A stretch of DNA of 64,000 bases from Euprymna scolopes (Eukaryota): assembly GCA_053919585.1 (NCBI GenBank), contig CM132785.1. One strand, written 5' to 3'. Below are positions 26,961 to 39,391 of the stretch, one piece after another. How positions within the stretch are numbered: position 1 is the stretch's first letter; each line of letters begins with the position of its first letter. The notes under the pieces are model-generated. The model had not been told where the DNA came from and did not search any database. It was given only the letters and a program-made list of their open reading frames with translations. The position numbers and the translations under genes were made by a program.

Positions 26961-26978
26961 AGCTATTTCAGTCCGACT

Positions 26979-28540
26979 ATGGCGATGGTGCGGATGAGCA
27001 GTGATATCATCAAGCCGTACTGTGGCGAGAGAGACGTTGTAGCGAAAAAAGAAGTGAGACTTTTCGCAAAACTACAGCAGGTGGATGATGGCGCGAGTCT
27101 GCTACCTTTATATCTGGAAAATGATGCACTGACCCTCTACATGGAAATGGAGGAGGGCAATCAAAAGAAGATAGACCAGATTAAGGCTCGATTAAAAGAT
27201 TCATTTGCTGACGCCGCGTTTGTAGCATACAGAAAAAGAACTATTGTTAAATGGGCTGGAGAACGTGTGGATATTTACACCCACAAAATCAGACAGGTTG
27301 TTGGATTGGCCGGGTTCACAGGAGATAGCCTAGAGAGACTCACAAAATTGACTTTAGTTACTGGGTTCCCTGACGTCATCTCAATTGCTATTCAACAGGT
27401 GCCGAACATCAAAGCCTGACCATGGTTTAGTTAATGTCAAGAGCGAGAATTTTGACGACGACTAGGGAACAAAATCAGGACGTGGTTGCGGCCATACGCT
27501 CACCCAACAACAACCGAGCCAAGAATATTCCTGTTAGCGTGACCTGTTTTAAATGCAATATTAAAGGCCACCTAATGGAGGACTATCGAAAAAGTGAAAC
27601 CTGGTGTAACTGGTGCGGTGAAAGTGGACACTCGGCTCGGAAATGCTCGGGAAACGAGCACGGGGAGGATGCATGCGCCAGTCTCTTTCTCCACCAAGAT
27701 CCGAACACAACGCTCCCGGTGACAGATATCCATGTTGACGGGACGCGATGTTTAGCACTTATTGATAGAGGATGCTCTAGGACGATTTTACATGGAGACC
27801 GGTGCAGGTCTTGGAGAAAAACGAACGTGAATGTCGAAACGATTGGTGTAATATCCCATTCGTACTGCGGTGTTGGAGCGGTCTCTGGTCGACTGATGAA
27901 GGTGCGTCTGCCAGAATTGATGTGTTGGTGGTGCGTGGCACACCGCTTGGGTTTGAATTACTTCTAGGGATCGACGCCATAAAAACTCTGGGGGGTTTCC
28001 TTGTCGAGCCTAGAGGATCAGTGCGACTGGGCGGCAGGAAAAATATAAATGCGCAGCCATTTCTATTAATGAACCGTATTTCACTGCAACCTTTGACCAT
28101 AAAAACCGAACGTGGACCGCATCGTTGAAGTTGTCTGAGGACCCCCCCCTGAAAGCCTACAAAATGTCAGAATACCGGGTACCGGCAGAAATCCGTGCAG
28201 AATACATGCAGGATCTTCGCACCTGGATAGATAATGGTTTGATCGTGTCGTACCCAGATGATAAATTGGGACCCCCAAAGGCCTAATTCCTCTGATGACT
28301 GTGATACAGTAGAACAAAGTCAAAGTGCTGGTGATGGACTACCGGGAGCTAAATCATTACCTTGACGCGTTTACTGCCAACGCAGATGTTTCTGCGGCAA
28401 AGCTGCGCGAAAGGAGACAAAAAGGTGCTAACGTGTCTCTACTGGACCTCAGGAGAGCATGCCTACAAGTACGGGTCCATGAGACACAGTGGCCACACCA
28501 GACTGTGGAAATCGACAGGAAAAATAGTCTGACCTGTCTG
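26979..28540 (+). pseudogene. gypsy gag-protease-RT N-terminal part, disrupted
   Basis: ORFs 26979-27419, 27434-27967, 27802-28128 and 28325-; stops and frameshifts between them. Confidence 0.9.
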
Positions 28541-29480
28541 TTTTTTTGTTTTTTTTACACAGTAATCACCACTTATCAAGGCCCGGAAGCCACTCAGGGA
28601 TAAGGGTTATTGCAAGTACATTACGTTAGTGTGGAGATTTGATGAAGTGTTTACCTAAGGGTAAATAGGAATTTGTTAACGTTGGACTTGAAGACATCCA
28701 TGTTGTAGTCCTGTGGAAGCAGGTAGACGGAACAGAGTTCCACAGGCGTGCATCTCTAAGAAAGAAGCTTTGTTCATGGAATCCACGTTTTGATTTAGGC
28801 ACAGATAAAGAGTTGGGAATTTTTTCACAGTGGATTTAGCTAGACGGGTGTTTTTCATGAAAGATTGGCCAGGGACCAGAGATTGGAGTTCAGACGAGCA
28901 CCTGCCATGGAAATAACTATAAAACAAGGATAGGCTCGCAACGTCTCTTCTGTGGGAGAGAGGTTGCAGGGTAGAGAAAAGGGCATCCCACACTAAGCCA
29001 CGAAGTCTATTTTGTACTCTGTCAAGACAGGATAGGCTGTTTTTAGCAGCTCCTGTCCAGATATGGCAACAGTATTCCATCCTTGGACGTACTTGGCTTT
29101 TATATAGATAGGTAATTGCATCAGTAGTGAGATATCTTCTGGAGCGGTAGAAGGATCCCCCATCTTTCCAGCGACCTTGGCAACAGACTTGATGTACGTG
29201 TTCTATTTCAGATCAGGAGTAAAGGTCAAACCCAGAAGCTTGTCAAAACAGGGGGCCTCACCCAGACGAAAGCCATCCATCACAATTGATGACAGATGGG
29301 GATCAGAGCGTTGATGATGTAAGGATAGGAGTTTGGTTTTGGATGCATTAAAGGTAACCAGCCACGTCATCCCCCACTGAACCACGCGCTCGAGATCAGA
29401 GGAGAGAGAATCGGAGAGAACTTTGTCATTTACAGCCTTTGATGTGTTGCCGTAGATGGTAGTGTCATCAGCATAGATGT
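28541..29480 (-). mobile_element. CR1 family A, 5'-truncated, inserted in gypsy RT
   Basis: From IYADDT through WLVTFNASKT and MEYCCHIWTGA to the 3' UTR and A tail (T-rich run at ~28541-28556). Confidence 0.95.
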
Positions 29481-29618
29481 TCGGTTTGAATGTGGCTCCC
29501 CTGATAATGAGAGCAATTTTCAGCGAAGTATTATTACAGGAAGAAGCTGTAAGCCGCGCAGCATTTGGTTACATTGATGACATTTTTGTCAATGAAGACC
29601 CGTGTAAGAGAACACCTA
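29481..29618 (+). pseudogene. Isolated gypsy RT catalytic segment (YIDD)
   Basis: 29480-29599 translates FGLNVAPLIMRAIFSEVLLQEEAVSRAAFGYIDDIFVNED, then RVREHL; not in the ORF track. Confidence 0.9.
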
Positions 29619-31838
29619 TTATATCGATACTCTATTGCTGACTGGGATAGATTCCGTACATTCATATCTGGCCTACATCTGAATTCCATGTTTAAAAAGG
29701 ATGTGTCCTTTATAGTATCAGACTTGACCGGATGGTTAATTGTAGGCATAGACCGATTCATACCATCCAAACAATTCCAACAAAAACCTAACAGCCAGCC
29801 ATGGTTCTCCCCTGAATGTGCTGCTGCCATCGCGCACAGAAATCACTTTTTCTATAGCTACCAACGTAAGAGATGTAGTGAGAATAAAGGTGCTTTCAGG
29901 ACTGCCAGCAACCACTGTAAAAGAGTAATAAAACATGCAAGAGAGCTATATGGTCAGTCCGTTAAATCCAAAATAGCTTAGCAGCGGCTTGGTTCCCACC
30001 AGTTCTGGCAAATAGCAAACAGGATCTTGAACAGAAGTGTGGGTTCTATCCCAACTATCATCAATTGACCTGAGTTCATCTCGTCAGCATCATACAAGGC
30101 CAAACTATTTGCCAAGAACTTTACAGCTAATTCTATCCTATGCGACAAAGGCCATCAACTTCCCGTATTTCCTCCTATAACAGACAACATACAAATATCT
30201 GTGCACGAGGTCGCCAAGCTAATCAAGAACCTTGATACCAGTAAAGCAATTGGCCCTGACGGGATTCCAGTTGTAGTGCTGAAAAAGCTTCAACCAGAAC
30301 TTGCCCCCATACTTAAAAAAAAACTTTTTAAGCGTTGCCTTAAGGAGAAGTGCCTTCCAACACCCTGGAAATCCTCATCAGTTTTCCTTGCATTTAAGAA
30401 TTCAGGTGATAAGTCATCTCCCTCTCAATACAGACCAATAAGTCTCCTGTGTGTCATGAGTACGTTGCTGAAATCCATATTAAATAGAGAAGTAGTCTAC
30501 CCCCTCAACAGAAACAACCTTCTTAGTGACATGCAATACCGTTTCCGTTCTGCAAGATCTACAGCAGATGTGCTAACAGTTATATCTCATAGGATTAGTG
30601 AATCTCTTGACAAAGGGTTCCTCTTGACAGATCGAAGGCCTTTGATAAGGTATGGCATAAGGGCCTACGTCACAAGATTTCCAGCTATGGTATCACTGGA
30701 AATGTTTTCTCAATCATTAAATCATTTCTCCTAATGTAGTGTAGTGGTTGATAGGCAGAAATCAGACGGCCACAATATTAATACTGGAGTCCCTCAGGGG
30801 TCAATCCTAGGCCTAACTCTCTTCCTGATCTAAATTAATGATCTACCAAAACACATACTTAAATCATTCGTTGACATCTATGCTGATGACCCGACCATCT
30901 ATGGCAACCCATCAAAGGCCGTCAACGAAGTTCTCTCTAATTCTCTCTCCTCTGATCTTGAGCGCGTGGTACAGTGGGGGAAGATGTGGCTGGTCACTTT
31001 TAATGCATCCAAAACCAAGCTTCTATCTTTACATCATCAACGCTCTGATCTCAATTTGGAATGAATTGAAATGGATGGCTCTCGTCCTGGGGAGGCTCCA
31101 TGTTTTGACAAGCTTCTAGGTTTGACCTTTACTCCTGATCTGAAATAGAACACATACATCAAGTTTGTTGCCAAGGTCGCTGGAAAGATGGGGGGATCCT
31201 TCTACCGCTCCAGAAGATATCTCACTACTGATGCAATTCTCTATCTATATAAAAGCCAAGTACGTCCAAGGATGGAATACTGTTGCCATATCTGGACAGG
31301 AGCTGCTAAAAACAGCCTATCCTGCCTTGACAGAGTACAAAATAGACTTCGTGTTTTAGTGTGGGATGCCCTGTTCTCTTCCCTGCAGCCCCTCTCTCAC
31401 AGAAGAAACGTTGCGAGCCTATCGTTGTTTTATCATTATTCCCATGGCAAGTGCTCGTCTGAGCTCCAATCTCTCGTCCCCATCGCCAATCTTTCATGAG
31501 AAACACCCGTACGGCTGAAACTACTGTTAATAATTCTCTCCACTCTTTATCTTTGCCTAAATCCAAACGTAGACTCCATTAGTAGAGCTTCTTTCTCAGA
31601 AGTGCACGACTGTGAAACTACCTTCCGTTTGCCTGTTTCCCACCTGACTACAACCTGCATGTCTTCAAATCCAACATAAATAAACTCCTTACAAACCGCC
31701 CCCTTAAGTAAGACACTATATCAAATCTCCAATACTAGTGATTACTACAATACTATCTCATTGATTACTGTACACGCAATAACCCTTATCCCTGAGTGGC
31801 TTCTGGGTCTTGATAAGTGGTGACCTACATGTAAAAAA
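29619..31838 (+). mobile_element. CR1 family A, 5'-truncated 2.2-kb copy (RT pseudogene) with 8-bp TSD
   Basis: YRYSIADWD, QPWFSPEC, KAIGPDGIP, YRPISLL, GVPQGS, YADD, MEYCCHIW; A tail; TSD AACACCTA at 29611-29618 and 31839-31846. Confidence 0.95.
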
Positions 31839-31846
31839 AACACCTA

Positions 31847-33635
31847 GCGCAGTTCAAGCTCGAGTGGAAGAACCCGGAGCCGTTGAAGCACAGTGGACGG
31901 GTGCTGGTATTGGCGGTCGGGATGGAACGCAGTGAACTGCGGTGGAACGAGAAAATGCAATTCCAGAGGCTCCCAGCATTGTTACGCGACGAACAATGTT
32001 CTCCCTGTGTGGTCGACTTTTCGGGAACTTTCCGGTGTGCGGTTGGCTTCGTGTGGCTTGCGGAATACTCAGAAGTAGATTAAGTTCGGTAACAAAGATG
32101 ATGAAGCGAGGGACGCCGTACTGCATCGTATGATGTTCGAGACCTTACAATCTGTGCAGCAGAAAGATCCGGCCCGGGGAAATTGGTGTGGGGACGACAG
32201 AGCTGAATGTATGGGCCGATGCTACCTCTCTAGCAATTGGTACAGCCTTGGAAACGCGTAAAACTCTGTTGGAAGATGCATGTTGACTGTGACCTGAAGA
32301 TGACTCTCAACATAAATTTAGCCGAACTGGACGCTGTATTGAAACGCATCAATTTGGCTCTTCAGTGGCAGAACAAGGTGCTACACATAAAGACAGATTC
32401 TGTCTGCGTATACCATTGGGTCTCGGACAAGCTAACTGGTAAGGCGCGAGTACGCACCAAAGCAGCAAGCGAGATGCTTATTAGGAGGCGAATAAGCACT
32501 CTCAAGTTGCTCGTGAAAGAGTACCGACTGACAGAGGACGTGACGCTAGTTCCATCAGCACGAAACATCGCTGATCATTTTACACGAGTACCATAGCTGT
32601 GGTTTGAGGCAATGAAAAAGAAAAACGGGCTTGGCCCGGTGAGAGGCGCGGTTCACACAGACGAGCTGGATGAGAGTCAAATCATGGCTATTCATAAAGG
32701 TAGTGGACATGCGGGGGTGCGACGCACTACCTACTTTTTCAGAAGTTGCCCAACCACGACAAAAGCAACCGTTAAAATAGTCATACGGAAATGTGAGGAA
32801 TGTCAGTCCATTGACCCAGCGTCGGTCAAGTGGGAAAAGGGAAAGGTGGAAGTGAAGGAAAATTGGCAGCGAATGTGAATGGATATCATACCTTATGGCA
32901 CCTCCCATTTTTTAACTCTAACAGATTGTGGTCCATCGCGTTTCTCCATTTGGAGCAAATTAGCGAGGTAGGACCCAGCAAGCGTGATTCATCAGTTGCG
33001 GGCAGTATTCCTCGAGCGTGGCTCACGGCATGAACTCCTTTTAGACAATTACACGACTTTCTGCAGAAACGTGTTTCAAGCATTTGTACATAAATGGGGA
33101 CTTCACTTGCGATTCCGTTGTGCATACGCTCCAGCCGGGAATGGCATAGCGGAGCGATGTCACCGTACAGTGGAACAAATAGCGGCTAGAATGCGCTGTC
33201 CCATACAAGAGGCTATCTACTGGTATAATATCACACCACGGGACGACACATCTCCCTTCAATGCGCCTGCCAACAGGATTTATCGATACGAAGTTCGAGT
33301 AAAGGAGACCAATCTCGCAACTGCGTCCCCAGAACATCTCTTACCAGGTTGGAGATCGCGTGTGGGTCAAAAGATCGCAAAATCGATGTACCACGAGGTC
33401 CGGCAAGGGTGAGGTGACCGAGGTATTCAGCCCTCAATCGATTTTGGTGGACGGTGTGCTTCGCCACCTGCAGGATCTGCGCCCTCGCCATTATGTAGTT
33501 ACACCGGAGGAGGAGGAGGAGGAGGAAGAGGAAGACAGTACTATGTCTTCTGAAAAGACCGAGAGTATGATTCAGGACGACGGAGAGGATTTTGAGCCAT
33601 ATAATGCACACACTGTAGAAGCGGAAGAAGAATAA
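31847..33635 (+). pseudogene. gypsy RT C-terminus, RNase H and integrase, disrupted
   Basis: Resumes HLAQF after the TSD; ORFs 32237-32596, 32612-32878, 32984-33412 and 33360-33635. Confidence 0.9.
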
Positions 33636-33848
33636 CCCGTCTTGTCTTTAGGAAGGAGTACCCGGCACGGACGGATATTGCCCCCCCCCCCGTCTGATTG
33701 TGAAACACCGCCTATGGAACAGACTGTGGCAATAACGGTGGTAATGAGGAAGATGGCAAGAAGGAAGTGCTACCCCCGCTTCTTCGAATAAGTACCCAAC
33801 AAAGACGATCCCCCCCGCCCTGTTTGTGATCATGAGATCAGGGGAGAG

Positions 33849-34296
33849 GGTAGCAGAATTAGCAATAACCAAAATGATTGGAAATAAAGAGCTTGCATTG
33901 GATACGTCTGTTGCGGACTGGGCGGAAGAGAGTTCCAAGATTGCGTCCATGGGTGTTTATTGGCGTTGGCCCCATGCAAATCTCGCTGAATCGTGTGTGA
34001 TCTCGCGCAATTATGCAAATATATAATTCCCGGCCACTATAAACGCAGGACGCTGAAAAGCAGTAAGGCAGTGCCCTGAAGACTGTGTGTAGGTGATTCT
34101 GGCGGTTGGATTGTTGTTTGTAACGAACCACGTATCTGCGAGAAGCGAGTTTTCTTCTTTTTTTTTGTTGTTTTTGTCTCCTTGTTCTTTCTCATTACAG
34201 CGAAGAAATCCCTCTCTTCTAGAGATGGGCGGTGCAGGGCGAGACTGAGTATTTCCTATCTTTGTTCCTGAATTTTGCCTACTATATTTTGCTACA
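33849..34296 (+). repeat. 3' LTR (~448 bp)
   Basis: Follows the polypurine tract; termini (G)GTAGCAGAA...TTTTGCTACA are inverted, with the initial T apparently mutated. Confidence 0.85.
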
Positions 34297-34429
34297 CACT
34301 TTACTGAAATTGTCTAAATATGTATATTCTCGGTAATAAAACAATATTGTCACTTATTATTTCTATTTATATGAAATAAAAACATATCCAGTAACAATAT
34401 TATCCAATAACAAGAACGAATTTAACACG

Positions 34430-35566
34430 TTTTTGTTTAAAAACAGATTTATTTATCACAATATCTCCTATTCTTCAAACTCACATTGATTAGCCTCTTG
34501 TCATCTGATGATGTACAATCAGCGGATTTGAGATGATGTGATGCTATAGGAAACCCTTCTTCCAAACTTAATCCTTCGAGGAAAATTGAACAATTTCTTC
34601 ATAAACCTTCATCTTTATTATTGACAAGAGCTGCTCAATTGCGCTTCTATCTGGAGAACAAGGTGACTATGTCATCATATTTTCTCCACTAATGTCCAGT
34701 GACTTATGTTAGGATGTCGTAGACTTGGTTGAGTAGGAGTGCGCATTGCCGTGCATAAAAATCAATTTGCTGTAACGCGGTAATGGAAGGTAGTCAAGCC
34801 ATAGTAACAAATGATCCTTTAAAAAATGTAAGACTGGCTTGTCAGATTACACCTGTTTGTATCTGGAATAAACAAATTAGCTCATTGAATATTATTGCAG
34901 CTAAAAACATGACCCCCCCATCCCTGTTGACGACGGAATCGATAAGGCGTTAGGTAATCCAAGCTTTGGCTCACCCATCTTATCCATCAAGGTTTGCTCT
35001 GGTCTCATTAGTGAAAAAAACATTTTAAAATCTGGTTTTCATGTTTTTCTGAGCCTAAGCCAAATATTTTTCCCTATGAGTTTGGTTTAAAACAGGTATT
35101 GCTATGGGCTTATACTTCTTGCAATTTCATTTAAGACATTGCAGCGAATATTTCTGGACATGGAAGGTATTCCAGCCTTGTCAAATTCAGCAGCTCACTT
35201 GCTGACCGGCTGCTCGATGAGTTGACGGCAATTGTTTTAAAATCACGAGCAGAAACTGACTTTATTGTGTTTTTGTCCTTCCTTGGTTTGATGTTTATTT
35301 TTCAATTAATAGAAACAATGTTCTTCAATCTCTTACAAGATACTTGGCTTGATGTACAAGTTATTACCATTCTGCAAGCTTCGCAACAACACGTTCCGTT
35401 TCACTAGTTGTAAATCAACCCATTTCTATGCATTTTGGGAAGACTGCAATAAAGCGATACACATTTAAAATTACGAGAAAATTAAAAATTATCATAATTA
35501 TAAAAATAATTGTTTAAATGCCACGAAAATTAGGAAAATAAGACACCTTGTTATGTTCTTTCAGTG
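34430..35566 (-). mobile_element. Degraded Tc1-like DD37E (TRT-type) element
   Basis: Minus-strand motifs VFFTNETRANLDG, RQQG.GVMF and IFMH(G)NAHS...SPDRSAIE, with exactly 37 codons between the second-D position and E; ends approximate. Confidence 0.75.
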
Positions 35567-36414
35567 TACGAAATTTAATTTCTCTGCGTTTCGTAGCGAT
35601 TTACAAATTAAAATATTATCGACCTAAAATAAAGCTATAAACAAGGTTTACAAATAGTACGACACACGCCTTCACCATAAAACATACTAGATGTTAATGA
35701 TTTTTGAAGTCCATGCCAGTGTTCTGCTTCTATGAATGTACTACCATCCAGCCATTTAAGTTTACTCTGAACAGATAACGTGGAATGTTCATATGGATAG
35801 ACCCCTCATCTTAAATAGTTTCTATGCTATCAGTATAAAACTGACCTTGTTTGTTTATTCGCTTAATGTATGTGTGTTAATCTTAACCTAAGAGAAACAC
35901 TGAGTTTAGAATAGAATGTAAATTAAAATCTAGTAATGTGTGCGGTATTTGGTGTAATTAACTTTTCGGTTAAGAGAAAAATGCAACCCTCAACGTAAAT
36001 ATAACGTTTATATAAATTTTAATTGTAGCTATTAAAACATTATTAAGTAAATATTTCCCAGTTCTAATTTTTTCGGAATATGAATACTATTTTTCTGCCG
36101 TAGAAAAGGCAAGACATATCATCTGAAAAATCAACTCTTTTACGCTAGCTTTGCTCTCGGATTTTAGATGCGGTCAGAAAAAGTTCAATAAGTCAAGTTT
36201 TCGCCTCTTCTCAGAAGAGAAATTCCGCTTTTATGAGTAGTGAAAATAAACAAAACTTAGAAAGTATTTACGGCGCTACTATAAGCACCAATTAAGATGC
36301 ATGACGTAATCAAAGCAATACTGATAATCAACGTATTTTACAATCTTTCTGTGTAACGAAACGTCATTAGCTAAAAAAAATCTGGTGTAAGCGTTATTCA
36401 ATTTGTAAAAAGAA

Positions 36415-37197
36415 CTAGCAGTTCAGCTCGGCATTTCTCGGGTCCTATGTACAGCTCATAATGTAATCTTCATAGATATACTTATATTAAACAAGTTTGA
36501 CCCATGTTCAGGTAACACCCATCTAAAATTTCAAGTATATAGACGTAAAATTGGCGGAGGTGTATGGTAGAGTCTGCAAAGGTCAACTCTTTCAAGTTTG
36601 ACCTCTTGCCAGCCAAAGTTACGCCCCAAAATTGATGAAAAAGCTTGCTGCATATCTGAATACCCTTTTATGTAAAATTCCAAATGTTTAGATCCGTAAT
36701 TGGCTGAATAGTTTGATAGAGACCGCAAAGGTAAAATACTTTTTACTTTGGCATTTTGGCAGCCAAATCTTTGGCCAAAACTGATAAAGAAGCTTGACCT
36801 ATGTCTGATTACACTTTATGTCAAAATTAAATATATATAGACAAAGAATTAACTGAGTAATTTGGTAGAAGCCGCAGAGGTCAATTTTACATTTATTGTT
36901 TTGGGCTTAAATAAATAAAAAAGTTTTATCTATGTCCAAGTACCTACATCTAAAATTTCAAGTGTTTAAACCCAAAATTGTCGTAGGATTTTGATAGGTT
37001 TTTAAAGGTCAAATCGGTGTATCCCTTGACAGCCAAATTCCTGGCTGAAACCGATTGAAAAGATTTATCCACATCTCAATACCCTTTATGTCAAATCTCG
37101 AGTCTGTAGACTGAGAATTGACAGAGTAGTTCGTTACGGAGATGTGCACATACAGACACACACAGAGACGATTTCACTCTTTTAAATATATAGAAGA
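36415..37197 (-). mobile_element. Non-autonomous Helitron-like element with ~5 internal 130-150-bp tandem units
   Basis: Minus strand starts TCTTCTATATATTTAAAA and ends with a degenerate CCCGAG...CCGAG hairpin plus CTAG|T; the unit (ACCC..T.TAAAATTTCAAGT...AATTG...AAAGGTCAA) recurs at ~36517, 36661, 36810, 36941 and 37080. Confidence 0.75.
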
Positions 37198-37517
37198 CTA
37201 ATTTCCTGGGCAGTATTTATTTATTACAGCATATAATATCAATCTCAATATTAGTTTTATTTTAATGTTAGATATATTTTCGCGTTATGCTACTTAGAAA
37301 TATCAGCTTTTCATATGTGTGTTGTGTATTTGGTTGTTTTAATAGTATACAGACACACAATCACACTGACAACTATTTATTACCAATTAATCAGAATTAC
37401 TTTAGTATCAATTTCTATTAAAAAACATTAATTTATAAGGATTGTATTATAGGCATTTTTTAGAATAATAAGGACGTACTAAATTCTGGCCACAATTCGA
37501 ATTAAAACATCAGGGTC

Positions 37518-38334
37518 ATTTTCAGAATCTGTTATTTTCAGAATCTGTTATTTTCAGAATCTGTTATGTTCAGAATCTGTTATTTTCAGAATCTGTTATT
37601 TTCAGAATCTGTTATTTTCAGAATCTGTTATTTTCAGAAGCCGTTATTTTCAGAATCTGTTATTTTCAGAATCTGTTATTTTCAGAAGCCGTTATTTTCA
37701 GAATGTGTTATTTTCAGAATCTGTTATTTTCAGAATCTGTTATTTTCAGAATCTGTTATGTTCAGAATCTGTTATTTTCAGAAGCTGTTATTTTCAGAAT
37801 CTCTTATTTTCAGAATCTGCGTTTTTCAGAATCTGTTATTTTCAGAAGCCGTTATTTTTAGAATCTGTTGTTTTCAGAATCTGTTATTTTTAAAATCTGT
37901 TATTTTCAGAATGTGTTATGTTCAGAATCTGTTATTTTCAGAATCTGTTATTTTCAGAATCTGCGTTTTTCAGAATCTGTTATTTTCAGAATCTGTTATT
38001 TTCAGAATCTGTTATTTTCAGAATCTGCGTTTTTCAGAATGTGTTATGTTCAGAATCTGTTATTTTCAGAATCTGTTATTTTCAGAATCTGTTATTTTCA
38101 GAATCTGTTATTTTCAGAATGTGTTATTTTCAGAATCTGTTATTTTCAGAATCTGTTATTTTCAGAATCTGTTATTTTCAGAATCTGTTATTTTCAGAAT
38201 CTGTTATTTTCAGAATCTGCTATTTTCAGAATCTCTTATTTTCAGAATTTCTTATTTTCAGAATCTCTTATTTTCAGAATCTCTTATTTTCAGAATCTGT
38301 TATTTTCAGAATCTGTTATTGTCAGAAGCTGTTG
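37518..38334. repeat. 17-bp tandem satellite (TCAGAATCTGTTATTTT), ~48 copies
   Basis: Read directly; produces the overlapping repetitive ORFs at 37566-38396. Confidence 0.98.
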
Positions 38335-39391
38335 TATTAAACGTTTATATAAGAACACGCGTATATGATATAAAACTGTTCTCTTTGAGGAAATAATTTT
38401 ATCTATGCATATTTTGGCAAGTTACTTTTGTGCATTTATTTCTATTTTCTAATGGCCTGCGCCTCATATTCCTAAATTGCAACAACAAAAAAACAAGTAA
38501 AGTCTAACCCCAGCACAGAAGACCATTCTTATTTGGCTTAATATAATCGTAACACTGATACAATTAAAACTGAAAACATACTCATGACAATTTATCTTAT
38601 TACCAAAATTTCATACACATAATACGCACATTACGGAAAACAGTCTTGTAACTTTTCGTGATAAACTAAAATCATTATCCTGAGTTATAAGTTAAATATT
38701 ATGAAAAAAAAGGTAAACTCGCAGATGTGTCGTATATCTTTATTATATTTACCTAGGGTTATGTAATAATATTTGAATTTAATTTGGATACTCATCCTCA
38801 TGCTTTACGTACTTTGAACTGTGTATTCATAGTATTTGTTCCACCGCTTATTTATGGTTAAAATATATGTCGATGCCGTAACATGCTTCTTGCTATCTGT
38901 AACATTAGTAGTTCCTCTCTCTCCTCTTCGTCTCCTCTAACTACTAGTAATACTAATGCTACTACAACCAAAGAATCAAAATGTCAATCATTATATATTT
39001 TCTTGACTTGACCGACTTTTATCGATCTGTATAATATTTTCATTATTCCTTCCGTTATTAGCCTGTAGACTGCGATTTGAAAAGGAACACCGCGATTTGT
39101 TAAAGGTGTAGCCAAAAAAATTGTGACTGCAATTTTGGAGGTCTAATTTTCTGAATTATCCAGAAAATGTCAGCTTTATTAAATAAAAAAAGATCAAATA
39201 TTTTTATCTACTACTGAACGGGAAATTTTACTGTGCATTTAGAATCCTAAAAACTACTTAGTGTAAGAGAATGAGTGTTTATACTGATCACTATAGTTCA
39301 CTATTTATTAATATATATATATATATATACATATTTAATGGTTTACACATTGTATTATATGCTTTACAAGGTCTGCTGAGTAGATGACCAT

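Larger units (their letters stand above)
26900..34296 (+). mobile_element. Ty3/gypsy-type LTR retrotransposon, defective, interrupted by two CR1 insertions
   Basis: Domain order gag (zinc knuckles CFKCNIKGH and CNWCGESGHSARKC), protease (LIDRG, LLGIDAI), RT (VMDYRELN, YIDD), RNase H (INLAELDAV, KTDS), integrase (H..SGH...CEEC, GNGIAER); PPT AGGGGAGAG before the 3' LTR; 61-bp 5' LTR remnant. Confidence 0.95.

Noticed and set aside
28541-31838. Single twin-primed (5'-inverted) CR1, or a target-site deletion removing YxDD
   Set aside because: Both pieces have their own 3' tails, and the 'missing' gypsy RT segment lies between them.
37566-38396. 276-aa and overlapping repetitive ORFs
   Set aside because: By-product of a stop-free 17-bp satellite open in several frames.
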